Virus record (IMG/VR): IMGVR_UViG_2654587686_000018
Span: 1 to 31,892 of that record
Length of the DNA stretch: 31,892 nucleotides
Origin: a virus
Taxonomy: Duplodnaviria; Heunggongvirae; Uroviricota; Caudoviricetes
Reading direction: 5' to 3' (one strand)
In this document: piece after piece, positions 7,036 through 16,976 of the stretch
Layout of the letters: each line of letters starts with the position of its first letter
How positions within the stretch are numbered: the first letter of the stretch is position 1
Program-made: the position numbers and the translations under genes
Notes under the pieces: generated by a model
The model's database searches: none
What the model was told of the DNA's origin: nothing
The model's input: the letters and a program-made list of their open reading frames with translations, nothing else

Positions 7036-8097
7036 TCATGCCGCATCCTTATCCGTTGATTCTGTGTAACTTAAATCAAAGTGAAGGTGCAGACGTTCCG
7101 GTATTTCGGGATCGTTGTTCACGGCAGTCATAAACCGACGCTGAATAGGCGCTATCTCGCTTTTCTTGTAAATCCTTTCCGCCTTTTCAACATCCCCCAG
7201 GCCAGCTGTGTTCTGCGGAACAATTCCGGCCAGCCCTGCCGGAAAGCGGTGTGCGTTGAGAATGTCCTGTGCGCTGATGTTTTTGATGTTGGCAAATTCA
7301 TCTTTTGCAGAGATATCCCCCATTTCAATAAACTTGATCGCATCCCCATCCCCGCCTGGAATGTTCACCAGAATAGTGGAGAAGTTGCCGATACCTTTGC
7401 TGTCACGCAGCTGCTGTTCAATTTCTTCTTCCATTTCATCCGTCATACTGGGATCGCGCGTGTAGAGAATGCCGCCAGTATGGGCGCCGTTGTGGTAGTA
7501 ACGGCGGCGAAAAATCACGGCTTCGCTGTTAAGCAATGCAGAATGTACACCGCCGATATAGTCGGGCAGCCCGTAAATATGCTGTTGCGGGTCGTACATC
7601 TTGATAAAAATGATATCTTCCTGTGGCCATACCTGCGGTTCCCCGTCCTGCAATACCACATAATCGCCGGGCTGGTCTGTGGCGTTGTCCCTGACTTTAC
7701 GGCGGCGAATATACAGGCCGGGTAAAGGTTCCAGGGCAATCACATCCCCCCATCCGTTGCGGATTTTGCCAATCGCAATATCCCCGAAGGTTGTATAGTC
7801 AAACGCTGCGGCTTCCAGTTGGTCGTAAGTCAGGCCACCGCCCAGATAATCAGACACAATCATATTTTTCCGGGCGTGGATGATGCCGCCATGCTGACCG
7901 TTCAGATTGATAAGCTGTGCCAGTGCCAGCCGGTCAATCGGCTGGGTGAAGTGATCGGCGGCATTGTCGTACCAGATGTCGCGGTAATCCGTGCCGGTGG
8001 TCAGGACGGGTTCCGGTTTGCCGAATGTGATGATGCTCATTTTTTTGGACTTATCGCCGCGCGGGTTGCGCTTAACGAAGCGTTTTTTTTTACTCAT
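7036..8097 (-). CDS. portal protein (P2 gpQ-like)
   Basis: 353 aa; segments YGLPDYIGGVHSALLNSEAVIFRRRYYHNGAHTGG and DISAKDEFANIKNISAQDILNAHRFP resemble P2 Q. Stop overlaps the terminase gene. Confidence 0.9.
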   Translation of the reverse strand: MSKKKRFVKRNPRGDKSKKMSIITFGKPEPVLTTGTDYRDIWYDNAADHFTQPIDRLALAQLINLNGQHGGIIHARKNMIVSDYLGGGLTYDQLEAAAFDYTTFGDIAIGKIRNGWGDVIALEPLPGLYIRRRKVRDNATDQPGDYVVLQDGEPQVWPQEDIIFIKMYDPQQHIYGLPDYIGGVHSALLNSEAVIFRRRYYHNGAHTGGILYTRDPSMTDEMEEEIEQQLRDSKGIGNFSTILVNIPGGDGDAIKFIEMGDISAKDEFANIKNISAQDILNAHRFPAGLAGIVPQNTAGLGDVEKAERIYKKSEIAPIQRRFMTAVNNDPEIPERLHLHFDLSYTESTDKDAA

Positions 8098-9869
8098 GCA
8101 GCCTCTTTCCTTACACCCCAGCGGGATTTCGGTTTATTTTCGTAGTTGAGTGGTTCGTTATGCAGGGCGTGGGTAATCGCCCAGAAAGCCTCCGCGTGGC
8201 CTGTGTCCTGGCTGCGGTCAGCGACAAATGTCATGGCGTTACCGCTTTGCGTGGTGGTGCGGCGTACAGCCATAAAGCTGGCCGGGATCTCTTTCAGGTT
8301 TTTGTCCCATTCGATACGCTGGCTTTCCACCACGTCCGCCGCTTTCAGTACCAGCTGATTTTTCGTGTTCATGTCGTAACGAATGGCGACGGCCACGCGC
8401 ATGGCAAAATGCTGGATGTTGTCAAAAACACCCTGGCCAATACCGGTAACGTCCACTCCCAGATAGGTGAAGTTGTATTTTTTAAACAGGAGTTCGATCT
8501 GCCTGGCCTGATAGCGGAAGTTCATGCCCTTCCAGTTAATGACCTTCAGAACGCGGAATTTCTCTGCGGCGTACATCGGCGGGGCAATAATCACAAAACA
8601 CGACAAATCGCCGCTGCGTGCAGGGTCAAATCCTCCCCATACCGGCCTGTCACCAAATGGCCGCGCAGCGTCCGGGTTGTGATCCTGCCAGGTGTCCACC
8701 TCCACGCCGCAGGCTTCCAGGTCTGAAAAACTGAATACAGAATCCTTGCTGTCCACGAACACGCACATATAAAGCATGTTGAAGGTGGCGGTGTTGTAGC
8801 GGTTGCGCAGCTTCTCGATGTTGGCCAGGTTGAAGCCGCCCGCAATGGCATCCTCCATCGTGATGACATAGCGCCACTGACCATCCGGGCAAAGCCGTCC
8901 GCCGTTGCGCATTTCATCAAAAGACGGGAACTGAGCGGCCGCGCGTTTTTTGCTGCCCTGTTTCCATTCCTCACCCGTCCAGAACGGGTAGGCCTGGTGC
9001 GTTTTGGCCGATGGCGTTGAAAAGTAGGTGGTGCGCCATTTGTCATGGGTGGCCATTGCGCTGGCCACTTCGTTAAGCCTGGCGAAGTTAGGCACCCAGA
9101 AATATTCGTCACAGTACAGGTGGCCACTGTAGGACTGGGCCGTGTTTTTGTTGGTTGAGAGAAAACGCAGTTCAGCGCCGTTGCTGAGGCGGATCGGGTT
9201 GCCGGTCAGCGTGATGCCAAAATACTGTTCTGCAATGTTGACGATGTAAGACCGGAAGTATTCCGCCTGGACTTTGGAGGCAGACAGGAAGATTTGCGGA
9301 TCGCCTGTCATGACCGCGTTTTCAAAGGCTTCAAATGCAAAGTACCAGGTGGCACCGATCTGGCGGCTTTTAAGGATGTTCCTGACCTGCTGGCCAATAT
9401 TCCGGCGCAGGTGTTTCTGGTATTCAAAAAGATGTTCTTCCGCCCAGGTGTCAAAATCCGCCTGAGTCAGAGAAGAAATATCGTTTTTCCTGTTTTTGCG
9501 TTTGGGGCGCGGTTCATCGCTGTTGCTGTCCCGCGCAGCTGCCTGACTGTTACTCTGGCCGCTGGCCATTTTTTCTTTATGCTTATTGCTTTGAGCACGC
9601 AGCTTTGTCGCATGGGCAATCAGCATGTCCATTTCTTTCAGGTCGAGATCGGTTTTATTATCGCGGCTGGCCAGCAGCTGGTAGCGGCGTTCAATTGCCT
9701 CCTCTGTACTTTCAAAGCTGAGTAAATCCGCCCAGCTGTATTTCTCAGCCCAGTAGTAAACGATCCGCGCATTCGGCAGATTTAATTCTGATGCAATTTC
9801 TTTTGGCGTATAGCGGCGCAAATAAAGTGCGCGGACAACGCCTTTTAGTTCTTCTGAGTATTTAGCCAT
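8094..9869 (-). CDS. terminase large (ATPase) subunit (P2 gpP-like)
   Basis: 591 aa, adjacent to and overlapping the portal gene, divergent from the scaffold gene as in P2. Confidence 0.9.
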   Translation of the reverse strand: MAKYSEELKGVVRALYLRRYTPKEIASELNLPNARIVYYWAEKYSWADLLSFESTEEAIERRYQLLASRDNKTDLDLKEMDMLIAHATKLRAQSNKHKEKMASGQSNSQAAARDSNSDEPRPKRKNRKNDISSLTQADFDTWAEEHLFEYQKHLRRNIGQQVRNILKSRQIGATWYFAFEAFENAVMTGDPQIFLSASKVQAEYFRSYIVNIAEQYFGITLTGNPIRLSNGAELRFLSTNKNTAQSYSGHLYCDEYFWVPNFARLNEVASAMATHDKWRTTYFSTPSAKTHQAYPFWTGEEWKQGSKKRAAAQFPSFDEMRNGGRLCPDGQWRYVITMEDAIAGGFNLANIEKLRNRYNTATFNMLYMCVFVDSKDSVFSFSDLEACGVEVDTWQDHNPDAARPFGDRPVWGGFDPARSGDLSCFVIIAPPMYAAEKFRVLKVINWKGMNFRYQARQIELLFKKYNFTYLGVDVTGIGQGVFDNIQHFAMRVAVAIRYDMNTKNQLVLKAADVVESQRIEWDKNLKEIPASFMAVRRTTTQSGNAMTFVADRSQDTGHAEAFWAITHALHNEPLNYENKPKSRWGVRKEAA

Positions 9870-9923
9870 GCGGATAATTATGCCGTGGCTGTTATGAAAA
9901 AACGGTGGTGTTAATTCGCGTCT

Positions 9924-9948
9924 GTTCGGTAATACGTGATAACCGAAC
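9924..9948. promoter_or_regulatory. dyad-symmetric element in the divergent late promoter region (candidate Ogr-type activator site)
   Basis: GTTCGGT-N11-ACCGAAC between the leftward terminase and rightward scaffold genes; resembles the TGT-N12-ACA half-site arrangement of P2 late promoters. Confidence 0.35.
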
Positions 9949-10030
9949 TGTTCAGAATAAAGCGTGATGCGGTGGTGGTTTTATTTGGCAATAATTGATT
10001 TGCAGCGTCGGTGAATAAATCAGGGGGGAT

Positions 10031-10834
10031 ATGTCGCATTTAAAAACTGACTGGCTGTGTGTTGCTACCGAAGGGGATACCGTTGACGGCAGAGAGATTA
10101 AACGCCAGTGGATTATCGATATGGGGGAAACCTATGACTATAACCACTATGTCGCTTTGATCTGGCCTGAACACGAGAATGATTGCGGTAATTTTGGGGA
10201 GGTGCTGGAGGCCACCTGGCATGATGGCGATGACGGACTGGCGCGGCTTTACGTCAGCCTTTGCCCGAATATGCGTTTAATTTTCGCCAACCATGAAGAT
10301 CAGCTCCTGTTCTTCTCGATTGAACCGGATGAGAACTGGCGCGGTAGTGGGCGTACATACCTCAAGGGGCTGGCGGTAACAGATACTCCCGCCAGTGTTG
10401 GCACCACACGGCTGCGCTTTAGTAGTCGGCGCAAAAAATTATCTAAGCAGGGATATTACAGTTGTGTGATTTCCCGTGACGGAAAAATTAAACAGGACAT
10501 ACGCATGAAGAACTGGCAAAAATTGTTTGGTATTAAACCGAAGTTTGAAGATGAAACGCCGCCTGATGATACCGCGCAGGGTGATGATAAGTTACAGGCG
10601 CTGGCCAACGCGGTAAATGAACTGGAAGGGCGTGTGGCCAAAATTGAAAATCAGCTCAATGATGTTCAGGGTGATGTGGATACCATTGCGGAAGTGGTCG
10701 ATACCGAAGAATTTGCGGCTATTCGTGATAATGCAAAAGATATCGTTCAACGTTTTAACGATCTGGGTAATAAATCCACCCGTACACCGGGGCGTAAGAT
10801 TTCAGAAAAAGCGGGTAAGTTTAATTTCCTGTAA
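10031..10834 (+). CDS. capsid scaffolding protein (P2 gpO-like)
   Basis: 267 aa; VATEGDTVDGREI and GLAVTDTPASVGTTRLRFS resemble gpO. Confidence 0.85.
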   Translation: MSHLKTDWLCVATEGDTVDGREIKRQWIIDMGETYDYNHYVALIWPEHENDCGNFGEVLEATWHDGDDGLARLYVSLCPNMRLIFANHEDQLLFFSIEPDENWRGSGRTYLKGLAVTDTPASVGTTRLRFSSRRKKLSKQGYYSCVISRDGKIKQDIRMKNWQKLFGIKPKFEDETPPDDTAQGDDKLQALANAVNELEGRVAKIENQLNDVQGDVDTIAEVVDTEEFAAIRDNAKDIVQRFNDLGNKSTRTPGRKISEKAGKFNFL

Positions 10835-10895
10835 TACGTTCTGACGTTAATTAGTACAAAACATTTTTATTATCGCTTAATCGCGAGGGAGTTTT

Positions 10896-11918
10896 ATGCA
10901 CCTTAATAATCGTGCACGGGATTTACTGGATAAATATTCGAGTGGTATGGCGCAGCAGTTTGGTGCACGTGATACCAGTCGCTATTTCTCCCTGAATGAC
11001 CCGCAGGAAAATGCGCTGCGTCTGGCGCTGCTGGAGTCCGTGGAGTTCCTGAACATGATCACCTGTCTGGATGTGGACCAGCTGAGTGGCCAGGTGATTT
11101 CTGTCGGTTCCTCCGTGCTGCATACCGGCCGCAGTGAAAATGGCCGCTTTGTTCGTCAGGTTGGCGTGGACGGCAATGACTATTCACTGGTTGAAACGGA
11201 CAGCTGCGCCGCACTGCGCTGGGATCTGCTTTCGGTCTGGGCCAATGCCGGTAAGGACGAAAACGAGTTTTACAACCTGGTCCAGGCGTTTACCACACAG
11301 GCTTTTGCGCTGGATATGCTGCGTATTGGTTTTAACGGTAAGAGCCGTGCCAAAACGACGAATCCAACGGATAACCCGAACGGCGAAGATGTCAACATCG
11401 GCTGGCATGAGCGTATGAAAACGCTGCTGGGCGGTAATCAGATTATGACCGATCCGGTCGTGCTGGATGAAGCCGGGGATTACAAATCACTGGATGCAAT
11501 GGCTTCTGACCTGATTAACGCCAAGATTCCTGCCCAGTTCCGCAATGACCCGCGTCTGGTGGTTCTGGTCGGTGCCGATCTGGTTGCGGCTGAACAATAC
11601 CGGCTGTATCAGGCCGCAGACCGCCCGACTGAGAAAATTGCGGCGCAGATGCTGGGCAGTACCATTGCTGGCCGTCCTGCTGTTATCCCGCCGTTTATGC
11701 CGGGTAAACGTATGGTCGTTACGCCGCTTTCTAATCTGCATATCTACACCCAGCGCAACACCCGTATGCGTAAAGCGGAATTTGTTGAAGACCGTAAACA
11801 GTTCGAAAACAAATACCTGCGCAATGAAGGGTATGCGGTTGAGGTGCCGGAACTGTATGCGGCGATTGATGAATCTGCCGTAACCATCGGCAAGGTTTCC
11901 GAACCAGCAGAGGGCTGA
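10896..11918 (+). CDS. major capsid protein (P2 gpN-like)
   Basis: 340 aa, follows the scaffold gene; SD (gaggga) upstream. Confidence 0.9.
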   Translation: MHLNNRARDLLDKYSSGMAQQFGARDTSRYFSLNDPQENALRLALLESVEFLNMITCLDVDQLSGQVISVGSSVLHTGRSENGRFVRQVGVDGNDYSLVETDSCAALRWDLLSVWANAGKDENEFYNLVQAFTTQAFALDMLRIGFNGKSRAKTTNPTDNPNGEDVNIGWHERMKTLLGGNQIMTDPVVLDEAGDYKSLDAMASDLINAKIPAQFRNDPRLVVLVGADLVAAEQYRLYQAADRPTEKIAAQMLGSTIAGRPAVIPPFMPGKRMVVTPLSNLHIYTQRNTRMRKAEFVEDRKQFENKYLRNEGYAVEVPELYAAIDESAVTIGKVSEPAEG

Positions 11919-11921
11919 TAA

Positions 11922-12623
11922 ATGGCACTTTCTCCCGCGCAGCGTCACAGCCAGCGTATTGCGATGGAACAAAAGCTGAAACGCAGCCAGGCACTGGAAA
12001 CCACGGAAAGCATGCACTTGCTGATTAAGGCGCTGGAAACGGATGTGGAACATGCCCGTAACCTGCCAACAATCGCGGATCGCGTTGAGTTTAAACGGGA
12101 TGTGTTGCTGCCGCGCTGGACACCGACTGTGGAAGCGTATCTGGAAAGCGGGCAGGTGTACGCCAACCCGGTATTTGCCTGGTGTGTTATCTGGCTGTTT
12201 GACGTGGGCGATCTGGATAAGGCGCTGGACTGGGCTGACATTGCAATCAGCCAGCAGCAGGCAACCCCGGATCGGTTGCGCAGTAATTTTCCCACGTTCG
12301 TGGCCGATACGATGCTGGCCTGGGCGCAGGAAACATCCGGGCGCGGGGAAAGTGTTGAGCCGTATTTTTCCCGCACATTTGAGCGTGTCGCCAGTACCTG
12401 GCGGCTGCATGAACAGGTCACGGCCAAGTGGTTCAAGTTTGCCGGGCTGGAGCTGCTGCGCGGCGAAGATGGCCAGACAACGGCTGCGGGCGTGGACGAC
12501 ATTGAAACGCTGGAGAAAGCCGATCAACTGCTGGCCACCGCAGAAAAATACTATTTAAAAATCGGCGTCAGAACGGCACGGCAGACGATTGCCGCCCGTA
12601 TCCGAAAACTGACGCAGGGGTAA
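11922..12623 (+). CDS. terminase small (endonuclease) subunit (P2 gpM-like)
   Basis: 233 aa; N-terminus MALSPAQRHSQRIAMEQ resembles gpM; position after the capsid gene. Confidence 0.8.
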   Translation: MALSPAQRHSQRIAMEQKLKRSQALETTESMHLLIKALETDVEHARNLPTIADRVEFKRDVLLPRWTPTVEAYLESGQVYANPVFAWCVIWLFDVGDLDKALDWADIAISQQQATPDRLRSNFPTFVADTMLAWAQETSGRGESVEPYFSRTFERVASTWRLHEQVTAKWFKFAGLELLRGEDGQTTAAGVDDIETLEKADQLLATAEKYYLKIGVRTARQTIAARIRKLTQG

Positions 12624-12719
12624 AGACTACCGCAAGCCAGGCGGACGCGGTGGAGGGCAGAACACTCCGTGTGTCACTGTGCCGTGGAAACCGGTCAGTC
12701 CGCCTTTTTCGGGGGAATT

Positions 12720-13172
12720 ATGTTTAGCGGAAAACCGCTGGATTATCAGGATGAGCCGCTGACGAATAACGGGTTCTGGCCGGATCTGAATCTGAAGGAC
12801 TTTCAGGCGCAGCGGTCACTGCCAGCTGATATCGACGCGGACACCATCAGTCAGGCGCTGCTGGCCGCAGTCGCGGAGGTGAATGCCGAGCTGGAAAACG
12901 TGGAGGCCAGCTGGAAAGCAAAAGGCCACACGCTGGCAGCAGATGTTCCGGGCGTAAAAATGGGCGGGCTTAACAGTCTGTGTGCCCAGTACATGAAAGC
13001 GGTATTTGCCAGGGCAAAAGCGGATCTGCTGGGGGAGTTCGCCACTGTAGGGCGACGTGAAACCCATCCGGGACAGGAAAGTATGGAAACCCGCGCCGGG
13101 TTACTGGCTGAGGCTTCAGTGGTTATCCGCCGCATGAAGGGGCTTAAACGTGCAACGGTGAAAAAAGTATGA
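12720..13172 (+). CDS. head completion/stabilisation protein (P2 gpL-like)
   Basis: Position after gpM. In-frame ATG at 12720 (MFSGKPL) preferred over the track start at 12669. Confidence 0.6.
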   Translation: MFSGKPLDYQDEPLTNNGFWPDLNLKDFQAQRSLPADIDADTISQALLAAVAEVNAELENVEASWKAKGHTLAADVPGVKMGGLNSLCAQYMKAVFARAKADLLGEFATVGRRETHPGQESMETRAGLLAEASVVIRRMKGLKRATVKKV

Positions 13173-13675
13173 GCCAGACGCAGCTTGAGAGCCTGACTGC
13201 ATTTTTTCAGCAAAACGTGCCGCCGCGCGCCATGCAGTCATTTGACAGTGTGCTGGATGAAATGAAGTTCATCCCCGCCGCGAAGGATTACGGGCTGGGG
13301 CAGTACCGCCAGGCGGTGATTCGCTATGACGCGGTAATCAGCTGGCAGCGTTTCCCGTATCGCCTGTGTCCGCCGCAGTTGCTCATGTCGCTGCTGGCCG
13401 CGTGGCTGGATGAGGCTGACAGGGAATTACTGGATGAAGTCGGCCTGACTGAAGCTGAACCGGACTGGGATGTGTCAGTGGAGGATGAGGAAACCGCCAC
13501 CATTGTGCTGACGGTACCAATGGCGGAAGAACTGGTGATCAGGGAGGACGAAAACGGGGCGATCCCGTGGCGGGGGAAACGCTGGTCGCTGGTTAACCCT
13601 GAAGTCTGGATAGCGATCACCGCCAATATTTATGGCGTGGATGAAACCGGTGCGCCGGTAGGCGGTAACGAATGA
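13169..13675 (+). CDS. putative head-tail joining / tail completion protein
   Basis: 168-aa ORF translationally coupled (ATGA) between the head and tail genes. Family not recognised with confidence. Confidence 0.45.
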   Translation: MSQTQLESLTAFFQQNVPPRAMQSFDSVLDEMKFIPAAKDYGLGQYRQAVIRYDAVISWQRFPYRLCPPQLLMSLLAAWLDEADRELLDEVGLTEAEPDWDVSVEDEETATIVLTVPMAEELVIREDENGAIPWRGKRWSLVNPEVWIAITANIYGVDETGAPVGGNE

Positions 13676-14379
13676 TTGCCGGTGGTGAGCTGAATAAAAA
13701 ACAGCTGGCAGAGTTGCGTAAATCACTGGCCAGCATGGAGCTGCCGCCCAAAAAGCGCCAGCGTCTTATCTGGAGGCTGGCCAAATATGGCGTGATTGCT
13801 GCCGCAAAACGGCACGTTCGCAATCAGGAAGCACCGGATGGCCAGAAGTGGCCGGGGCGTAAAACGAAGCGCAAAGGGAAGATGCTGCGGAACCTGCCAA
13901 AACTGCTGCATATCCGTGAAATGCCAGAAATTCAGGCGGTACGGATTTATTTGCAGGGTGGTGGCTACCGGAACGGGGAAACGCCGTTACCGGCCGGGAC
14001 AGTCGGATATGCGCAACAAAACGGGATGCGCGTCAGTGTCAGCCGTCGCAGTCAGCCACGGAAGGTGGAGGCCGGAAAAATGGCCATGCCAGCCCAGGCC
14101 AAAAAACTGCGGGCGCTGGGGTACCGGGTACGCACCGGTAAACGCTGGAAAAAGCCCACGCTGGGCGAGTTAACCCAAACGATGCCATACAGCCGGGCGG
14201 GGCTACTGATTCGAAAACTCAGCGGTAAAGCGGTGAAAACCAGCTGGACAGTGGATCTTCCTGCCCGTGTATTTCTGGGCATGAGTGACGATGAATTTGA
14301 TAACGCGCTGGCGCGTCAGCTTCAGGCCATCGGCTTTGGCTGGGATGTTAAGGCGCAGGATATTAAGGGGAAAGCATGA
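13672..14379 (+). CDS. putative virion morphogenesis protein
   Basis: 235-aa basic protein, coupled to flanking genes; assignment by position only. Confidence 0.45.
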   Translation: MIAGGELNKKQLAELRKSLASMELPPKKRQRLIWRLAKYGVIAAAKRHVRNQEAPDGQKWPGRKTKRKGKMLRNLPKLLHIREMPEIQAVRIYLQGGGYRNGETPLPAGTVGYAQQNGMRVSVSRRSQPRKVEAGKMAMPAQAKKLRALGYRVRTGKRWKKPTLGELTQTMPYSRAGLLIRKLSGKAVKTSWTVDLPARVFLGMSDDEFDNALARQLQAIGFGWDVKAQDIKGKA

Positions 14380-15503
14380 CCTGGCCAAACGTGACCGTGA
14401 ACCAGGTAAACCAGCTGCTGGGTGAAACCAATGAAGTGGAACGCACGCTGCTGTTTATCGGTACGGGTACCAAAAATGTGGGGAAAACGCTGGCGGTGAA
14501 TGCCCAGAGTGATTTTGATGCACTTCTGGGAGAAGGGGAAAGCCCACTGAAAAGCGATGTTCTGGCGGCACTGGCAAACGCCGGTCAGAACTGGTGGGCA
14601 TTTATTCATGTGCTGCCCGCAGATGCTGAGGACGATGCCTGGGTGAAAGCGGTTCTGGCTGCACAGGTGGTGTGTTCGGTGGAAGGGGTAGTGCTGTCCA
14701 GTGATGTGACGGCCAAAGCCCAGGTGAATCAGGCTGCGACGTTACGATCCACGCTGATTTCCAAATATGGGCGCTGGGTGTGGTTCATCCTGGCCGTGCA
14801 GGGAATGCAGGAAGAAGAAGCCCTGGCGGATTACCTGACCCGTGTGTCTGCCATCCAGGACGGGATTGCAGAGAAGGCGGTGCAGCTGGTCCCGCGTCTG
14901 TGGGGAAATGAGCCGGGTGTGCTGGCTGGCCGTCTGTGCAGTCGTGCCGTGACTATCGCAGACAGTCCCGCCCGTGTGAAAACCGGGGCGCTGCTGAATC
15001 TGGGCAGTGATGAAATGCCGGTTGATGGTACTGGGGCAGTACTGGAGCTGGCCACACTTCAGGCACTGGAAGCGCAGCGTTTTAGTGTACCGATGTGGTA
15101 CCCGGATTATGACGGCTTTTACTGGGCTGACGGGCGAACGCTGGATGTGGAAGGCGGCGATTATCAGTCTATTGAAACCCTGCGTGTTGCCGATAAAGCG
15201 GCGCGTCGTGTACGTCTGCTGGCTATCAGCAAAATTGCGGATCGCTCACTGAACAGCACACCGGGCAGCATCGCTGCACACCAGACGTTGTTTGCACGTC
15301 CACTGCGTGAAATGTCCACAGCGGCCAGTATCAATGGCGTGTCATTTCCGGGGGAAGTGAAGCCGCCGCAGGACGGTGACGTGACCATTGTCTGGAAGAA
15401 CAAAAAGACGGTGGATATTTATCTGGTGGTACGCACCTGGGAAGTTCCGCTGCAAATCACCATCAGTCTGTTACTGGATGCCAGTCTGGAGGGCGCTGCA
15501 TGA
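14376..15503 (+). CDS. putative tail sheath-like structural protein
   Basis: 375 aa, first large gene of the tail block, followed by a tube-sized gene. Not P2 FI-like by sequence. Confidence 0.45.
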   Translation: MTWPNVTVNQVNQLLGETNEVERTLLFIGTGTKNVGKTLAVNAQSDFDALLGEGESPLKSDVLAALANAGQNWWAFIHVLPADAEDDAWVKAVLAAQVVCSVEGVVLSSDVTAKAQVNQAATLRSTLISKYGRWVWFILAVQGMQEEEALADYLTRVSAIQDGIAEKAVQLVPRLWGNEPGVLAGRLCSRAVTIADSPARVKTGALLNLGSDEMPVDGTGAVLELATLQALEAQRFSVPMWYPDYDGFYWADGRTLDVEGGDYQSIETLRVADKAARRVRLLAISKIADRSLNSTPGSIAAHQTLFARPLREMSTAASINGVSFPGEVKPPQDGDVTIVWKNKKTVDIYLVVRTWEVPLQITISLLLDASLEGAA

Positions 15504-15955
15504 GTAAACGTATTTCGGGTATGTCGTTTGATACCTATCTTGATGGCGATCTGATCCATATCGAGAAAATCACACTCGATATCACGGATAACAGCGCCGC
15601 CGCCCAGACCCGTGGTGTGCCGGATGGCCATGTTGATGGTGATGTGGCCGCAGAGGGAGAAATTGAAGTCAGTTCCAAAGTGCTGGGCGTACTGACGGCT
15701 AAAGCCCGCGCCGCAGGTTCGTGGCGTGGTATTCCGCCGCTGGATTTTCTTTTCTATGCCAAAGCGGGCAGCGAAGAAATGAAAGTGGAATCGTTCGGTA
15801 ACAAACTCCAGCTGAGTAATCTGCTGGATATCGATCCAAAGGGCGGCGGTGTGGCGACGCACAAAATCAAATATTTTGTGACCAGTCCCAAGTTCGTGAA
15901 CATCAACGGTGTGCCGTATCTGGAAGCGGAAGCCACGGAAAACCTGATCGGATAA
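15500..15955 (+). CDS. putative tail tube-like protein
   Basis: 151 aa immediately after the sheath-like gene with overlapping start. Confidence 0.45.
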   Translation: MSKRISGMSFDTYLDGDLIHIEKITLDITDNSAAAQTRGVPDGHVDGDVAAEGEIEVSSKVLGVLTAKARAAGSWRGIPPLDFLFYAKAGSEEMKVESFGNKLQLSNLLDIDPKGGGVATHKIKYFVTSPKFVNINGVPYLEAEATENLIG

Positions 15956-15965
15956 GGAAGCCGGA

Positions 15966-16268
15966 ATGCAGGAACATGAAAAGAGCCTTTATTCACTGCT
16001 GATTATGGGGGCGCTCATTGCTGTTGCGAAGGTGCTGGCCAGTGATGATCCCATTACACCGCGCCTGTTTATCAGCCGTGTGATCCTGGGCAGTTTTGTT
16101 TCAGTCATCGCTGGCGCGGTGCTGATTCAAATCCCGGAGGCCAGCCCGCTGGCAATTCAGGGACTGGGGGCAGCGCTGGGTATTGCAGGTTATCAGGCTG
16201 TTGAAATGTGGCTGCGCAGACGTGCAGCGGGAAAGAAGAACGGGAGCGTGACAAATGACCCTGAGTGA
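15966..16268 (+). CDS. holin
   Basis: 100 aa with three hydrophobic segments and a charged C-terminus (RRRAAGKKNG); directly precedes the endolysin. Confidence 0.65.
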   Translation: MQEHEKSLYSLLIMGALIAVAKVLASDDPITPRLFISRVILGSFVSVIAGAVLIQIPEASPLAIQGLGAALGIAGYQAVEMWLRRRAAGKKNGSVTNDPE

Positions 16269-16596
16269 AAAGCAGCAGCTGTTTACCGTCATGGTGGCCA
16301 ACCTGATCCACTGGGCAGAAGAACGCGGCTACCGGCTGACGTTTGGTGAAGCGTACCGCACCCCGGAACAGGCGGCGCTGAACGCGAAGAAGGGCAGCGG
16401 TATTTCGAACAGTCTGCACACCCAGCGTCTGGCCGTGGATTTTAACCTGTTTGTGAATGGCCAGTACCAGACCCGTACAGAGGACTATCTGCCGCTGGGT
16501 GAATACTGGGAATCACTGGGCGGAAGCTGGGGTGGGCGCTTCAAATCCAGACCGGATGGTAATCATTTCAGCCTGGAACATAACGGGGTGCGCTGA
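16255..16596 (+). CDS. endolysin, peptidase M15-type (zinc D-Ala-D-Ala carboxypeptidase fold)
   Basis: 113 aa with SLHTQRLAVDFNLF (H-x6-D) and a C-terminal HFSLEH motif typical of M15 peptidase endolysins. Confidence 0.8.
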   Translation: MTLSEKQQLFTVMVANLIHWAEERGYRLTFGEAYRTPEQAALNAKKGSGISNSLHTQRLAVDFNLFVNGQYQTRTEDYLPLGEYWESLGGSWGGRFKSRPDGNHFSLEHNGVR

Positions 16597-16976
16597 TGAG
16601 TCACGCGCAGTGGCTGGTTGTGGTGGCGCTGGCGTTTGTCTGGGGCTGGCTGACAGCTGACTGGCGGCGCGACAGTCTGGAGCTGGCAATCAATACGGCG
16701 GCGCAGGTGGCGGGTAATGAATCGCGAAAGGCTATGCAGGGCATTGCCAGTGATTCCGCCAGGGAGCTGGAAGATAAACTGGAGGCGCTAAGAAATGCGC
16801 AACCGCGAGAGATCCGCACGGAAGTGCTTAAGCCGGTTTTTACTAACAGGTGCCTGTCTGATGAGTTTGTCAGCATGTACAACAGCGCCGTCGCCGGTAC
16901 CGAACGTGCGTTATCAGGAAAACCTGAAAACACGATGCGCCACGCAGCTGCCGCGCCTGAACGGGGCAACAGGTAA
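16596..16976 (+). CDS. i-spanin (Rz-like)
   Basis: N-terminal hydrophobic anchor (WLVVVALAFVWGWL) followed by a charged, helical periplasmic domain; position after the endolysin. Confidence 0.65.
   Translation: MSHAQWLVVVALAFVWGWLTADWRRDSLELAINTAAQVAGNESRKAMQGIASDSARELEDKLEALRNAQPREIRTEVLKPVFTNRCLSDEFVSMYNSAVAGTERALSGKPENTMRHAAAAPERGNR

Noticed and set aside
6409-7039. Possible cos site near the portal gene
   Set aside because: P2-family cos sites lie near the portal gene end, but I could not confidently find the GC-rich 19-nt cohesive-end sequence in the window and will not assign it by eye.
11487-12527. 346-aa minus-strand ORF and other long antisense ORFs across the capsid and small terminase genes
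   Set aside because: GC-rich coding DNA generates long stop-free antisense frames. They overlap confidently assigned head genes, lack ribosome-binding sites, and have arginine-rich low-complexity composition.
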